Shown here: positions 1 through 16,548 of the stretch, one piece after another
How positions within the stretch are numbered: the stretch's first letter is position 1
How the letters are laid out: every line of letters starts with the position of its first letter
DNA from: Phyllobates terribilis
Taxonomy: Eukaryota
NCBI RefSeq assembly: GCF_046119375.1
Contig: NW_027362767.1
Coordinates: forward strand, 262,446,001-262,510,000
Length of the DNA stretch: 64,000 nucleotides
Direction: 5' to 3'
Notes under the pieces: model-generated
What the model was told of the DNA's origin: nothing
The model's input: only the letters and a program-made list of their open reading frames with translations
Databases searched by the model: none
Program-made: the position numbers and the translations under genes

Positions 1-308
1 AGACAGCGATGGTCACAGTCTCAAAGTCTCTGCTCTCAGAGGCTGAATTCGTACCCACACCCTGTCCGGTGGAGCGTTTGGCCCAATGTATCAGCGTAGA
101 TGATGTTAAACACATCTGGATCCGGACTGGTAACGCTCACACTGATACATTGTAACAAATCTTCAGAAGTGTGTTAGTTCAGGAAAGCTTTCCAGGCTCC
201 GAATCTACACTAAAGTGCTTTCATTTACTGAGAGCAGAGATTTTGGAAAGGCAGCATTAATAAACTGCAGTATCCTTATGTATAGCGTCTGCCCTCCATT
301 CTACTCAC

Positions 309-3725
<3,417 letters not shown>

Positions 3726-4110
3726 GTCTGCTTCTGTGGAAGAGGCCGGGCACTGTAATAAATGAGGGTCTATATAAGGGGTCTGGGGCAGGTATATGGT
3801 TAGGGGGCCAGGTCAATGGGCAGTATAAGGTTAGGGGTCTTGTATAAGGTCAGGGGCTCCGGTATGGGGCCGGTATAAAGTTAGTGTTCCTGGTCAGGGG
3901 TCGGGTCCGGGGCAGGTATAAGGTTAGGGTGTCCGGATATGGTTCATGTCGCTTTCACACAGTAAATCCTGCCCGGTGTCTCGGTTACACCAGGCAGGTG
4001 GCCCACACAGCCAGCACTGAGGAGCTATACTGAGGGGCTCAGTCACCACCGGTTGCTGACACAGCGGACAAAACATGACACCGTTGCGGGGAGAAAATAT
4101 CAGGAATTAC

Positions 4111-4180
4111 CGGAGAAATAACGTCAATTATCTGCTCTCCGCCTCCAACAGCAGCTACACGTTACAGCAACTACTTCCGG
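4111..4180 (-). other. PRPF4: Putative non-coding exon 1 of PRPF4
   Basis: Minus-strand donor CCG|GTAATT at 4111/4110 next to the promoter motifs; ATG lies in the next exon. The 5' boundary is approximate. Confidence 0.5.
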
Positions 4181-4264
4181 GTCATCTGAGGGGAACGGGA
4201 ATGACGTAAACCGGAAGTGAGAAGAGAGGGCGGAAGTAGCGGTTGTGCCAGGAAAGCAGGACAG
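4173..4264. promoter_or_regulatory. Bidirectional PRPF4/CDC26 promoter and CDC26 non-coding exon 1 (donor at 4264|4265)
   Basis: Opposed ETS/GABP motifs ACTTCCGG 4173-4180, CCGGAAGT 4211-4218, GCGGAAGT 4230-4237; CRE-like TGACGTAA 4202-4209; donor CAG|GTGAGG. Confidence 0.75.
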
Positions 4265-4389
4265 GTGAGGACGCCGGGGAGGGTGATGTGCCCGGGGCAG
4301 AGAACACAGGAGGTACCGCTGAGATACATCTACCACAGCTGTATCTAATATCAAGGCTCAGGGGATAAGCTTAGTTGTATCACATCAGC

Positions 4390-7300
4390 TTAGATACAAG
4401 AGCTCAGCAGAGATATTACACAGGATAGGATTAGATACACTGCTCAGCAGTCAGTATCACACTGGATAGGATTAGATACACAGCTCAGCAGACAGTATCA
4501 CACTGGATAGGATTAGATACACAGCTCAGCAGACAGTATCACATAGGATAGGATTAGATACACAGCTCAGCAGACAGTATCACACAGGATAGGATTAGAT
4601 ACACGGCTCAGCAGACAGTATCACACAGGATAGGATTAGATACACGGCTCAGCAGACAGTATCACACAGGATAGGATTAGATACACTGCTCAGCAGACAG
4701 CATCACACGGGATAGGATTAGATACACAGCTCAGCAGACAGTATCACACAGGATAGGATTAGATACACGGCTCAGCAGACAGTATCACACAGGATAGGAT
4801 TAGATACACGGCTCAGCAGACAGTATCACACAGGACAGGATTAGATACACGGCTCAGCAGACAGTATCACACAGGATAGGATTAGATACACAGCTCAGCA
4901 GACAGTATCACACAGGATAGGATTAGATACACAGCTCAGCAGACAGTATCACACAGGATAGGATTAGATACACAGCTCAGCAGACAGTATCACATAGGAT
5001 AGGATTAGATACACGGCTCAGCAGACAATATCACACAGGATAGGATTAGATACACGGCTCAGCAGACAGTATCACACAGGATAGGATTAGATACACAGCT
5101 CAGCAGACAGTATCACATAGGATAGGATTAGATACACAGCTCAGCAGACAGTATCACACAGGATAGGATTAGATACACGGCTCAGCAGACAGTATCACAC
5201 AGGATAGGATTAGATACACGGCTCAGCAGACAGTATCACACAGGATAGGATTAGATACACGGCTCAGCAGACAGTATCACACAGGATAGGATTAGATACA
5301 CTGCTCAGCAGACAGCATCACACGGGATAGGATTAGATACACAGCTCAGCAGACAGTATCACACGGGATAGGATTAGATACACGGCTCAGCAGACAGTAT
5401 CACACAGGATAGGATTAGATACACGGCTCAGCAGACAGTATCACACAGGATAGGATTAGATACACGGCTCAGCAGACAGTATCACACAGGACAGGATTAG
5501 ATACACGGCTCAGCAGACAGTATCACACAGGATAGGATTAGATACACAGCTCAGCAGACAGTATCACACAGGATAGGATTAGATACACAGCTCAGCAGAC
5601 AGTATCACACAGGATAGGATTAGATACACAGCTCAGCAGACAGTATCACATAGGATAGGATTAGATACACGGCTCAGCAGACAATATCACACAGGATAGG
5701 ATTAGATACACGGCTCAGCAGACAGTATCACACAGGATAGGATTAGATACACAGCTCAGCAGACAGTATCACACCGGATAAGATTAGATACACAGCTCAG
5801 CAGACAGTATCACACAGGATAGGATTAGATACACAGCCCAGCAGACAGTATCACACAGGATAGGATTAGATACGCGGCTCAGCAGACAGTATCACACAGG
5901 ATAGGATTAGATACGCGGCTCAGCAGACAGTATCACACAGGATAGGATTAGATACGCGGCTCAGCAGACAGTATCACACAGGATAGGATTAGATACACAG
6001 CCCAGCAGACAGTATCACACAGGATAGGATTAGATACACAGCTCAGCAGACAGTATCACACAGGATAGGATTAGATACACGGCTCAGCAGACAGTATCAC
6101 ACAGCATAGGATTAGATACACAGCTCAGCAGACAGTATCACACAGCATAGGATTAGATACACAGCTCAGCAGACAGTATCACACAGGATAGGATTAGATA
6201 CACGGCTCAGCAGACAGTATCACACAGCATAGGATTAGATACACAGCTCAGCAGACAGTATCACACAGGATAGGATTAGATACACAGCTCATCAGACAGT
6301 ATCACACAGGATAGGATTAGATACACGGCTCAGCAGACAGTATCACACAGGATAGGATTAGATACACAGCTCAGCAGACAGTATCACACAGGATAGGATT
6401 AGATACACAGCTCAGCAGACAGTATCACACAGGATAGGATTAGATACACGGCTCAGCAGACAGTATCACACAGGACAGGATTAGATACACGGCTCAGCAG
6501 AAAGTATCACACAGGATAGGATTAGATACACAGCTCAGCAGACAGTATCACACAGGATAGGATTAGATACACGGCTCAGCAGACAGTATCAAACAGCATA
6601 AGATTAGATACACGGCTCAGCAGACAGTATCACACAGGATAGGATTAGATACACAGCTCAGCAGACAGTATCACACAGGATAGGATTAGATACACAGCTC
6701 AGCAGACAGTATCACACAGGATAGGATTAGATACACAGCTCAGCAGACAGTATCACACAAGATAGGATTAGATACACAGCTCAGCAGACAGTATCACACA
6801 GGATAGGATTAGATACACTGCTCAGTAGACAGTATCACACAGGATAGGATTAGATACACTGCTCAGCAGACAGTATCACACAGGATAGGATTAGATACAC
6901 AGCTCAGCACACAGTATCACACAGCATAGGATTAGATACACAGCTCAGCAGACAGTATCACACAGGATAGGATTAGATACACAGCTCAGCAGACAGTATC
7001 ACACAGGATAGGATTAGATACACAGCCCAGCAGACAGTATCACACAGAATAGGATTAGATACACAGCTCAGCAGACAGTATCACACGGGATAGGATTAGA
7101 TACACGGGATAGGATTAGATACACGGCTCAGCAGACAGTATCACACAGGATAGGATTAGATGCACAGCTCAGCAGACAGTATCACACAGAATAGGATTAG
7201 ATACACAGCTCAGCAGACAGTATCACACGGGATAGGATTAGATACACGGCTCAGCAGACAGTATCACACGGGATAGGATTAGATACACTGCTCAGCAGAC

Positions 7301-8403
7301 AGCATCACACGGGATAGGATTAGATACACTGCTCAGCAGACCATGTCACACAGGATAGGATTAGATACACAGCTCAGCAGACAGTATCACACGGGATAGG
7401 ATTAGATACACAGCTCAGCAGACAGTATCACACGGGATAGGATTAGATACACTGCTCAGCAGACAGCATCACACGGGATAGGATTAGATACACTGCTCAG
7501 CAGACCGTGTCACACAGGATAGGATTAGATACACTGCTCAGCAGACCGTGTCACACGGGATAGGATTAGATACACGGCTCAGCAGACCGTGTCACACGGG
7601 ATAGGATTAGATACACGGGATAGGATTAGATACACGGCTCAGCAGACAGTATCACGCAGGATAGGATTAGATACACAGCTCAGCAGACAGTATCACACGG
7701 GATAGGATTAGATACACTGCTCAGCAGACAGCATCACACGGGATAGGATTAGATACACTGCTCAGCAGACAGCATCACACGGGATAGGATTAGATACACT
7801 GCTCAGCAGACCGTGTCACACAGGATAGGATTAGATACACTGCATAGCAGACCGTGTCACAAAGGATAGGATTAGATACACGGCTCAGCAGACCGTGTCA
7901 CACGGGATAGGATTAGATACACGGGATAGGATTAGATACACGGCTCAGCAGACAGTATCACGCAGGATAGGATTAGATACACAGCTCAGCAGACAGTATC
8001 ACGCAGGATAGGATTAGATACACAGCTCAGCAGACAGTATCACGCAGGATAGGATTAGATACACAGCTCAGCAGACAGTATCACACAGCATAGGATTAGA
8101 TACACGGCTCAACAGATAGTATCACACAGGATAGGATTAGATACACGGCTCAACAGACAGTATCACACAGGATAGGATTAGATACACGGCTCAACAGACA
8201 GTATCACACAGGATAGGATTAGATACACGGCTCAACAGACAGTATCACACAGGATAGGATTAGATACACAGCTCAGCAGACAGTATCACACGGGATAGGA
8301 TTAGATACACGGCTCAGCAGACAGTATCACACGGGATAGGATTAGATACACGGCTCGGCAGACAGTATCACACGGGATAGGATTAGATACGCGGCTCGGC
8401 AGA
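4390..8403 (+). repeat. 41-bp minisatellite array (about 97 units) filling CDC26 intron 1
   Basis: Unit GGATAGGATTAGATACACAGCTCAGCAGACAGTATCACACA; period 41 (4464 to 4505). Confidence 0.97.
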
Positions 8404-8480
8404 CATGATGGGGGTAGTAGTTTTATAGTTGCAGTCCTTTGCAGTACAATGACAGTTCTTCCTTCTTTGCAGTTTATAAG

Positions 8481-9140
8481 ATGCTGCGCAGGAAGCCCAC
8501 CCGCCTGGAGCTGAAACTGGACGACATTGAGGAGTTTGAGAACATCCGGAAAGACCTGGAGGTGAGAAAAGTACAGACTACTCCCCCCATCCTCTCCATC
8601 TAATGGATAATGTACTGCTCTACACTGACACCCTGTGGTGGAGAGAGGTCACTACAGAAATTTATTTTTGGCTCTGAGAACAATTAAGTGGTTCGTTATA
8701 TGATAAGTAACGCTTTTCCAGTATACTTTGTTTCAAATCACCACTGTGTAAAAGACTTGTGCTTCCTGTCAGTGAATGGAAACTTTTGACATCTAAGGGT
8801 TTCTTACAGTTGTATTTGTTCTACCTCAGACAATGGTCAGTGGTTCCAGACTGATACATTGTAACAAACAGGGTAGGGGAGAAATGTTGCTTAGGGATTG
8901 TCCAGAATGGATACAGCCCCTCAGCTGTGACAAGTATGTTATCACGGGGTCTTTTCTCTGCAGAGCCGGAAGAAGCAGCGGGAGGAGGTGGACCTGTCAT
9001 CCAGCGAGCAAGATGCTGCCGCAGTCCTCCTCAGCGCCGACACGAAGACGCGAGAGCAGACTATACACGATCGGATCGGGTACAAGCCACAGCCGAAACC
9101 CAACAGTCACACAACACAGTTTGGAAACTTTGAGTTCTAG
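8481..9140 (+). CDS. CDC26: Anaphase-promoting complex subunit CDC26 (85 aa); coding exons 8481-8561 and 8964-9140
   Basis: [27 protein letters not shown] | [58 protein letters not shown]; GT-AG phase-0 intron; head-to-head with PRPF4 as in other vertebrates. Confidence 0.97.
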
Positions 9141-9529
9141 TGTCTGGGGGGGCTCCAGCACTTAAGACTTTGGGGTCCCATTGATGGAGGGGCTCCATGA
9201 ACAATGTGCATCAAATTCGCCTATAACCTGCGGCCTCGGGGATCTGATTACTTTCTTACTTTTAGAGAATTGGCGTTTTGGATGTGAAATTTGGACTCAT
9301 CATTAACTTAATACAACAGGTGAAATGTCGCAGAATTTGGACCCCAGGGGTGATTTAAAGGAAAGTTAAATATGCAGGCTGCAAGAAGTTATATTAGTGT
9401 CAGTAGCTTTTTAAAAGAAAGATGACATTTTATCTTCTATCTTTGATGTGCAATTGCTTGCCACCCACTACCAGGGAGTAGCCATAGGCCTGATGACGGT
9501 GGCTGTTCAGTGCCGAGACACGAAGCTGG

Positions 9530-9535
9530 AATAAA
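9530..9535 (+). terminator. Candidate CDC26 polyadenylation signal AATAAA
   Basis: First AATAAA I found downstream of the stop (about 390 nt). Confidence 0.5.
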
Positions 9536-10496
9536 GTGACCGTCCTACTTATGGGCTGTCATCTCTTCCAGTGGCACCTTGTCTGTCTTCTACACTTCTA
9601 GTTACCAGGATTAGTGTTCAGTATGATAAACACTAAACCTTGGTTCGCTCAAAAAACAAAAAAAACAACAAAAAAAAGCTGCATTCATTTTGCTTGGGGT
9701 CACATTCACACCGGAGCATGATGACAAATGCTGATGACCTGAGCTACCAGCTATGCAGGGATCAATAATGTTAGATTGGGTCATTAGACCCAGAAAATGT
9801 AGTAAAGGCTAAATAAATCAGGTATCAGTTATATTATGTATTGTGGTAATCTTAAATTACAGCCTCTATTCTAATCCAGTCACATCCAAAGCTGCAATCA
9901 GCCAGCAGCAGTGCTACCAAATACATACATTTTACAATGCACTTTATGCTGCTTCATTGCATTGTGGAAAATATACACATTTCCTACTTTATATTAAAAG
10001 AAAAAAAGGCTTTGGTACTGTGTTAGCAATCTTTTTTTTAAACTGGCTCTGTGGGTAAAAACAAGATAGTCAGTAGAAGGTATCATAACTACAAGATTAA
10101 CAAAAATAAATGAGGATACAAAGCAAGCTGTCGAGACTTGGATCTCTTCCTCAGGCATGGTATAACAAAGTATCTGAAGAAACAAATATACCTGCAGCAT
10201 CGCACCACTTCTGCCGTCACCGGGTTCCAGAGGGAGGTACCCTGCTTCCTGTGCTCCTGTTCCACCACCACCGCAACCCCCTGTTCCTACCCAGGGCCCG
10301 CAGCATTGTTCAACTTCTACCACCGCCGGCTTCCCGAGGGACCATTCCTCCTGTGACCCCCCCCCCCCCCCGCCACAGAAATAAGATACCTATTTGGACT
10401 ATAAGAGGGACCCTCATTTTATAAAAAACTATTTTTCATACCAAAATTTGGGTTACGTCTTATGGTCCAGTGCGTCTTATCTGAAAAATATGGAAT

Positions 10497-11343
10497 ACAC
10501 AAAGAGCAGAGGCATGCCATAATAAATAGACATTTAAATAAACAAACTGAGCTCAGATAATTAATCTTTCATTAGATTAGTGGTGTGAAAGGTTTATAGT
10601 CCCAATATCCATGTAAGATCAGAAGCCTGGTGTCCTCCTGTCTCTGGAGCAGATGCCTCAGATTTCCACACAGGAATAAATATAAAACTAAAGTTTATAT
10701 TCACAAACCCTTCAATGTTTTTTGTGATTTGAAGTTGTCTTTTAATATGACAACTTTCATATTTATGTTGTGTCCTGGACCACAGAAATGTTTGAATAGA
10801 AAAAGTACTTACGTCAGCTCACCCATTGAGGCGTCCGGAGCACGGATAGCCTGCAGTGCAGCAGGAAGACTAATTGATAGCAGAAAAATTATCCAGCTTG
10901 GCAGATGTGTTTCAGACAATCAGGTCTTTCATCATTGCAAGACCTGATGGTATGAAGCACATCTGCCCAGTACCTTCCCCGCATGGGGCTGTGACTATTA
11001 TCCTATCTCATCCTTTCAATTTCTGTGGTCCAGGACACAACATAAACAATATGAAAGTTGTCCTATTAAAAGGCAACTTCAAATCACAAAAAACATCGAA
11101 GGGTCTGTGAATATAAACTTATTAGTCTTTGATTCCCTCCACACAGGACGATCTGTCAGGAGGATTTATGACTCACTACAAAATCGGAGGAATCTGCTCC
11201 CGAGACAGGAGGACACAAGGCTTCTGATCTTACATGGATATTGGGACCATAAAACTTTCCCACCACTAATCTAATGAAGGATTCATTCTCTGAGCTCAGT
11301 TTGTTTAATTGTCCATTTATTACTCCTTGCCTCTGCTCTGTGC
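10497..11343. mobile_element. About 850-bp fold-back/MITE-like palindromic element
   Basis: 10497-10800 is the imperfect reverse complement of 11010-11343; central hairpin GCAGATGTG..ATCAGGTCTT/AAGACCTGAT..CACATCTGC at about 10900-10966. Family not identified. Confidence 0.8.
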
Positions 11344-11621
11344 ATCTTCAGATATTTTGTCATACCATGTGAAAGCAGGAGACAAATGGAGCTTTTTAAA
11401 TGCAAATAAAAAAAATCTTTATTAAATACATATTTGGATTATAAAAAGTCATGTAAAGTACATTAAAATACGGTGTGCTCAGAGCAGAACAGACACCCTG
11501 ACGAGTAACCAGCCAAGGGTAGTGAGGGTATGAATATATTGAAGTGCAAAATGGTATAAAAGTTCATAAATGCACAAGTCCACATGTAGCAAACTGGCAC
11601 AGAGAAAACCTTTTAAATATA

Positions 11622-12457
11622 CAGTACAGACTAAAAGTTTGGACACACCTTCTCATGTAAAGATTTTTCTGTATTTTCATGACTATGAAAATTGTACATT
11701 CACACTGAAGGCATCAAAACTATGAATTAACACATGTGGAATTATATACTTTACAAAAAAGTGTGAAACAACTGAAAATATGTCTTATATTCTAGGTTCT
11801 TCAAAGTAGCCACCTTTTGCTTTGATGACTGCTTTGCACACTCTTGGCATTCTCTTGATGAGCTTCAAGAGGTAGTCACCGGAAATGGTTTTCACTTCAC
11901 AGGTGTGCCCTGTCAGGTTTAATAAGTGGTATTTCTTGCCTTATAAATGGGGTTGGGACCATCAGTTGTGTTGTGCAGAAGTCTGGTGGATACACAGCTG
12001 ATAGTCCTACTGAATAGACTGTTAGCTGCTTTTTTCTTGCCATAATACAAATTCTAACAGTCTATTCAGTAGGACTATCAGCTGTGTATCCACCAGACTT
12101 CTGCACAACACAACTGATGGTCCCAACCCCATTTATAAGGCAAGAAATCCCACTTATTAAACCTGACAGGGCACACTTGTGAAGTGAAAACCATTTCCGG
12201 TGACTACCTCTTGAAGCTCATCAAGAGAATGCCAAGAGTGTGCAAAGCAGTCATCAAAGCAAAAGGTGGCTACTTTGAAGAACCTAGAATATAAGACATA
12301 TTTTCAGTTGTTTCACACTTTTTTGTTAAGTATATAATTCCACATGTGTTAATTCATAGTTTTGATGCCTTCAGTGTGAATGTACAATTTTCATAGTCAT
12401 GAAAATACAGAAAAATCTTTAAATGAGAAGGTGTGTCCAAACTTTTGGTCTGTACTG
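11622..12457. mobile_element. Non-autonomous palindromic Tc1 (DD38E family) derivative, 836 bp, TA TSD
   Basis: Ends CAGTACAGACTAAAAGTTTGG / CCAAACTTTTGGTCTGTACTG; TA at 11620-21 and 12458-59; the empty site is present in the right PLE arm; both arms match the 5' end of the element at 27065. Confidence 0.93.
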
Positions 12458-12631
12458 TATATAGTCTGTAAAGAGGTGCAGACAGTGCTGCTATAATGCC
12501 CCATGAATGGTCAGAGCCAAGAAGCAAAAACTATTAACCCTCATAAGGTATAGTGCCAAGGACGTAACTGAAATTGGACTTATGGTAAGTCACTTACCCA
12601 GAGGCTGGAGATGGAAAAGGTGCTGTTGCGG

Positions 12632-12681
12632 CTTCCTAACGTGCGTTTCGCATTGACCGTGCGTTGCTTTTTCAAGGGAAG
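12632..12681 (-). ncRNA. Hammerhead ribozyme-like motif (type I, U3-A8 core) in the left PLE arm
   Basis: Minus strand CTTCCC-TTGAAAA-A-GCA..TGC-GAAA-CGCACG-TT-AGGAAG. Confidence 0.6.
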
Positions 12682-13549
12682 GTACTAAAATCGCCCCTCT
12701 AGGACCGTTAGGGAACCGTAGCAACCGGTCACATGGGATGTCATGTGACCGGCGGCAGGCCAATGGCGCTGCTTAGAGTGGCACATGTGCGTCCGGCAGG
12801 CCACACCCCCCTCCCCCTGCCGCACTCCCGGCAGTCAAGCCCGCAGGGTGCGCGCACCGCAGACAGTCAGCAGAGAGGGCTGCCGCAGTGCGCGCGTGGG
12901 CATAGAGACACCGAGAGGCAGCAGTGGGACGCGACCCCAGGAGGCGCATGCGCTCCACAGCGCCACCAATGGTGAGTAAACAAGAAAATTATCCATGTAA
13001 TATAGTTATACTGGCAGGGCATAACCAGCCTAAACCCCAGAAATATTACAGGTGGAACAAATAAACAAAAATAAATACAAATAAGAAGAACATCAATTCT
13101 TAATTTGTTCCACAGAAGGGGGAGGAGGTAGGTGTCAATCTTGAACATTTCCTCAAGAAGAATGGTTTATGTCCCGCCTCAGAAACTATCATTCCAGAGG
13201 TGATGTGCATTGTAGGATATGATACTAAGATGCTTGCAAAGGCCAATAATCGGAGACAAAAAGGGTCCTAAATGGAATACATATTACATATAAACCCTCA
13301 TAGAGAACCAATATATAAAATGACTTTAAAACTAATAGTCTATAAATGGAGGAATCCACAGAATAGATCACGGCCTCAGACTAGGGGTGAATCTTCTTCT
13401 AGATCGAGATCATCCCCTCTCAGGTCATCACATGAAAATTTCCAATTCAGCAGCCATAGGACATACAAATAATATTAATCGTGTTAAAACACGTCAGAAT
13501 GCCAAGTGTCAGGGTCAAGGAGGTAGCCAGCCAGAGATGGATGCACAAG

Positions 13550-15638
13550 GAGGGCTACAGGTGATTCATTTGTCTACCCGTGTCCTCTCTAAAAATGAAC
13601 TTGATGTTCTGAGCAGGGGTGTTACTTTTTCACCAACTAATGGGTTTCATTATTTTACAGCTCTGAAAGATCTGCAGCTCTTCTCCCGGAAATTGATTTT
13701 CAAAAAATTATATTACAAAAATCATACTACACCTTCACTTGTGAGTCCGGCCGAGAGGGAGGCCATCCAGGTGCAGGAGGACCTCCTTAATGAACAGACA
13801 TCTGTTACCCAAGGTGGGTTCCCTCAGAACATTCTACCTAAAGGCCCCGTCACACTTAAGCGACGCTGCAACGATCCCGACAACGATACGACCTGTCAGG
13901 GATCGTTGCTGCGTCGCTATGTGGTTGCTGGTGAGCTGTCAAACAGGCAGGCTCACCAACGATAAGGGGAGCAGCGACATCGTGGAAAGAATCTTTCCAC
14001 GATGTCCTGCTCCTGGTTACGAGCCTGCTGAAGCAGGAGCAGGCTGGTAACTATGGTAAACATCGCGTTACTAGGGGCACACGCGCACCTAGTAACCTGT
14101 TATTTATCATGGTTACCACTCTGCTACAGTGAGCAGGAGGTTACCGCTCACTTTAGCAGGCTCGTAGCCATGATAAACAGCGGGTTACTAGGTGCACGTG
14201 TGCAAGTGTATACACTTGCATTGAACATGACGATGGTTTGGAGGCTGTCTGCCTCTTCCTGGGTGCCTCCGACCTGGACGGCCCTTTGTGCGGGTTTATC
14301 CTTGAGCTGCTGCGCTTTATACTTACCCACAATTTTTTTTCCTTTTAAAGACCTGTTTTACCTGCAGAGGCGCGGCATGGCCATGGGTACGGCCTGCGCC
14401 CCCTTTTATGCCAATCTCTTCTTGGGTTCATGGGAGAGATACATTTTTGAGGGGTGTGGGCCGGTGACCATGTGCTGTGCTGGCACAGGTATATTGACGA
14501 TATTTTGTTTTTGTGGAGAGGTACGGCGCAGCAGCTTGGGACTTTCATGGACAGACTAAATAAAAATAATTTAAACATCCGTTTATCATATAAATATCAC
14601 TCAACGAAAATTGATTCCTTGGACGTTGGCCTCGGGGTAGACTCCCGGTCGTCCGTCCAGACTGACGTCTTTAGAAAAACAGCAGCAGTCAATGCTCTTA
14701 TTCATGCTTCGTCTGCCCACGATCCCGCCACCATAAGGGCCTTTCCGGTCGGACAGTTCAGTTTCTCCAGGTGAGGCGGATATGTTCCTCCAACCAACTA
14801 TTTGAGGCACAGGCAAAGGACCTCCAGACCCGATTTATACAACGTGGTTATAGCAGTCGTTCTATTAAGAGAGGATATGCCAGGGCCAAAACAACCCCAA
14901 GATCCCAATTATTATACCAACATAGAAGAGAGGACACAGGGAAAGACAAAATTTGCTTTATTTCCACATTTAATAGCGAGTGGAATATTATGTGGGCAAT
15001 TTTAATGAAACACTGGCCTATCCTGAGTGCGGAACCATGTCTGGCTCACCTTTTGGGTGAACGACCGTCTATGACACCCAGAAGGTCTCGCAATTTAAGT
15101 ATCTTTCTTTTCTTATAATCAGGAGCCATTACGTTCCTCCTAACAGTACGTTTTTGTCATCTTTTAAACCCACACTGGGGTGCTACCCCTGTGGCCACTG
15201 CCTGGCCTGCACAAATGTACTTCGCTGCAAGACCTTTGACTCTGCTGGAGGGGACCGACAATTTAAGATCCTACATTGGACCTCGTGTAGCAGCAGTAAT
15301 GTTATTTATTATGCTACATGTGGGTGTCCCCTCATCTATGTGGGACTCCCCTCCAGAGAACTCAGTCAGGGTCCGCAACGATGTTAGGGACATTAATGCC
15401 GCAAGACATGTGACGAATACCTCGGAACTTAAAACGATTCCCCGTCATTTTAAAGAACTCCACAACTGCAACTCTCGATCCCTCATGATTAGGGGTATCG
15501 ATCTGATACACCTTGGGACGAGAGGTGGCAATATAAAAAAAACTTCTTGCACAAGGCGAAGCATGATGGATCGTTACGCTTGACACCATGGCCCCCAAGG
15601 GCCTCAATGAGTCTCTTAGTTTTGCCTCTTTCCTCTAG
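13550..15638 (+). pseudogene. Disrupted Penelope-like RT + GIY-YIG endonuclease ORF
   Basis: N-term LSKNELDVLSRGVTFSPT; YTCIEHDDGLEAV; YLQRRGMAMGTACAPFYANLF; RYIDDIL; Zn knuckle CYPCGHCLAC; VIYYATCGCPLIYVG; C-term TLDTMAPKGLNESLSFASFL*. Multiple frameshifts; RT N-terminal part missing. Confidence 0.9.
13841..14208. mobile_element. MITE-like fragment replacing part of the PLE RT
   Basis: Starts AAGGCCCCGTCACACT; internal hairpin GGTAAC.ATG..GTTACTAGG/CCTAGTAAC..CATGGTTACC; PLE coding resumes near 14210. Boundaries approximate. Confidence 0.55.
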
Positions 15639-16498
15639 ATGACCTCTCTGTTTTCTTAAAGGATTAAAAAATTGACCAGTTTTGTTATTTTTCTGTTACT
15701 TCCCCTAGCTTTTTTTCTGCTTCAGTGCTGTTTCCCCTTCCCCCACCCTCCCATCCTGCCTTTTCCCTTAGGGTTTTATTTTATCCCCTTTTTCTCAATT
15801 CTCATTTTTATTATTTGTGGATTTGGTGTTTGCTTTGTCTGTGTTATTGCCCCATTTTATATATTGGTTCTCTATGAGTGTTTATATTAACTTTTGTAAT
15901 ATGTATTCCATTTAGGACCCTTCTTGTCTCCGATTATTGGCCTTTGCAAGCATCTTAGTATCATATCCTACAATGCACATCACCTCTGGGATGATCGTTT
16001 CTGAGGCAGGACGTAAACCATTCTTCTTGAGGAAATGTTCAAGATTGACACCTACCTCCTCCCCCTTCTGTGGAACAAATTAAGAATTGATGTTCTTGTT
16101 ATTTGTATTTATTTTTGTTTTTGTTCCACCTGTAATATTTCTGGGGTTCAGGCTGGTTATGCCCTGCCAGTATAACTATATTACATGGATAATTTTCTTG
16201 TTTACTCACCATTGGTGGCGCTGTGGAGCGCATGCACCTCCTGGGGTCGCGTCCCCCTGCTGCCTCTCGGTGTCTCTATGCCTGCGCGCGCACTGCGGCA
16301 GCAATCTCTGCTGACTGTCTGCGGTGCGCGCACCCTGCGGGCTTGGCTGCCGGGAGTGCGGCGGGGGAGGGGGTGTGTGGCCTGCCGGACACCCATGTGC
16401 CACTCTAAGCAGCGCCATTGGCCTGCCGCCGGTCACATGACATCCCATGTGACCGCTGCTACGGTTACTTAAAGGTCCTAGAGGGGCGATTTTAGTAC

Positions 16499-16548
16499 CT
16501 TCCCTTGAAAAAGCAACGCACGGTCAATGCGAAACACGCGTTGGGAAG
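16499..16548 (+). ncRNA. Hammerhead ribozyme-like motif (type I, U3-A8 core) in the right PLE arm
   Basis: Stem I CTTCCC/GGGAAG (6 bp perfect), core TTGAAAA+A, stem II GCA/TGC, GAAA, short near-palindromic stem III, GUU cleavage triplet. Confidence 0.65.

Noticed and set aside
4390-8403. Regular 41-bp periodicity as a CRISPR array
   Set aside because: No unique spacers, pure tandem units, inside a spliceosomal intron of a vertebrate gene, and no cas genes.
9486-9540. CTGATGA..GCC-GAGA motif before the CDC26 AATAAA as a hammerhead or PLE tail
   Set aside because: GAAA is GAGA, and no stem I or stem III pairing can be drawn; insufficient support.
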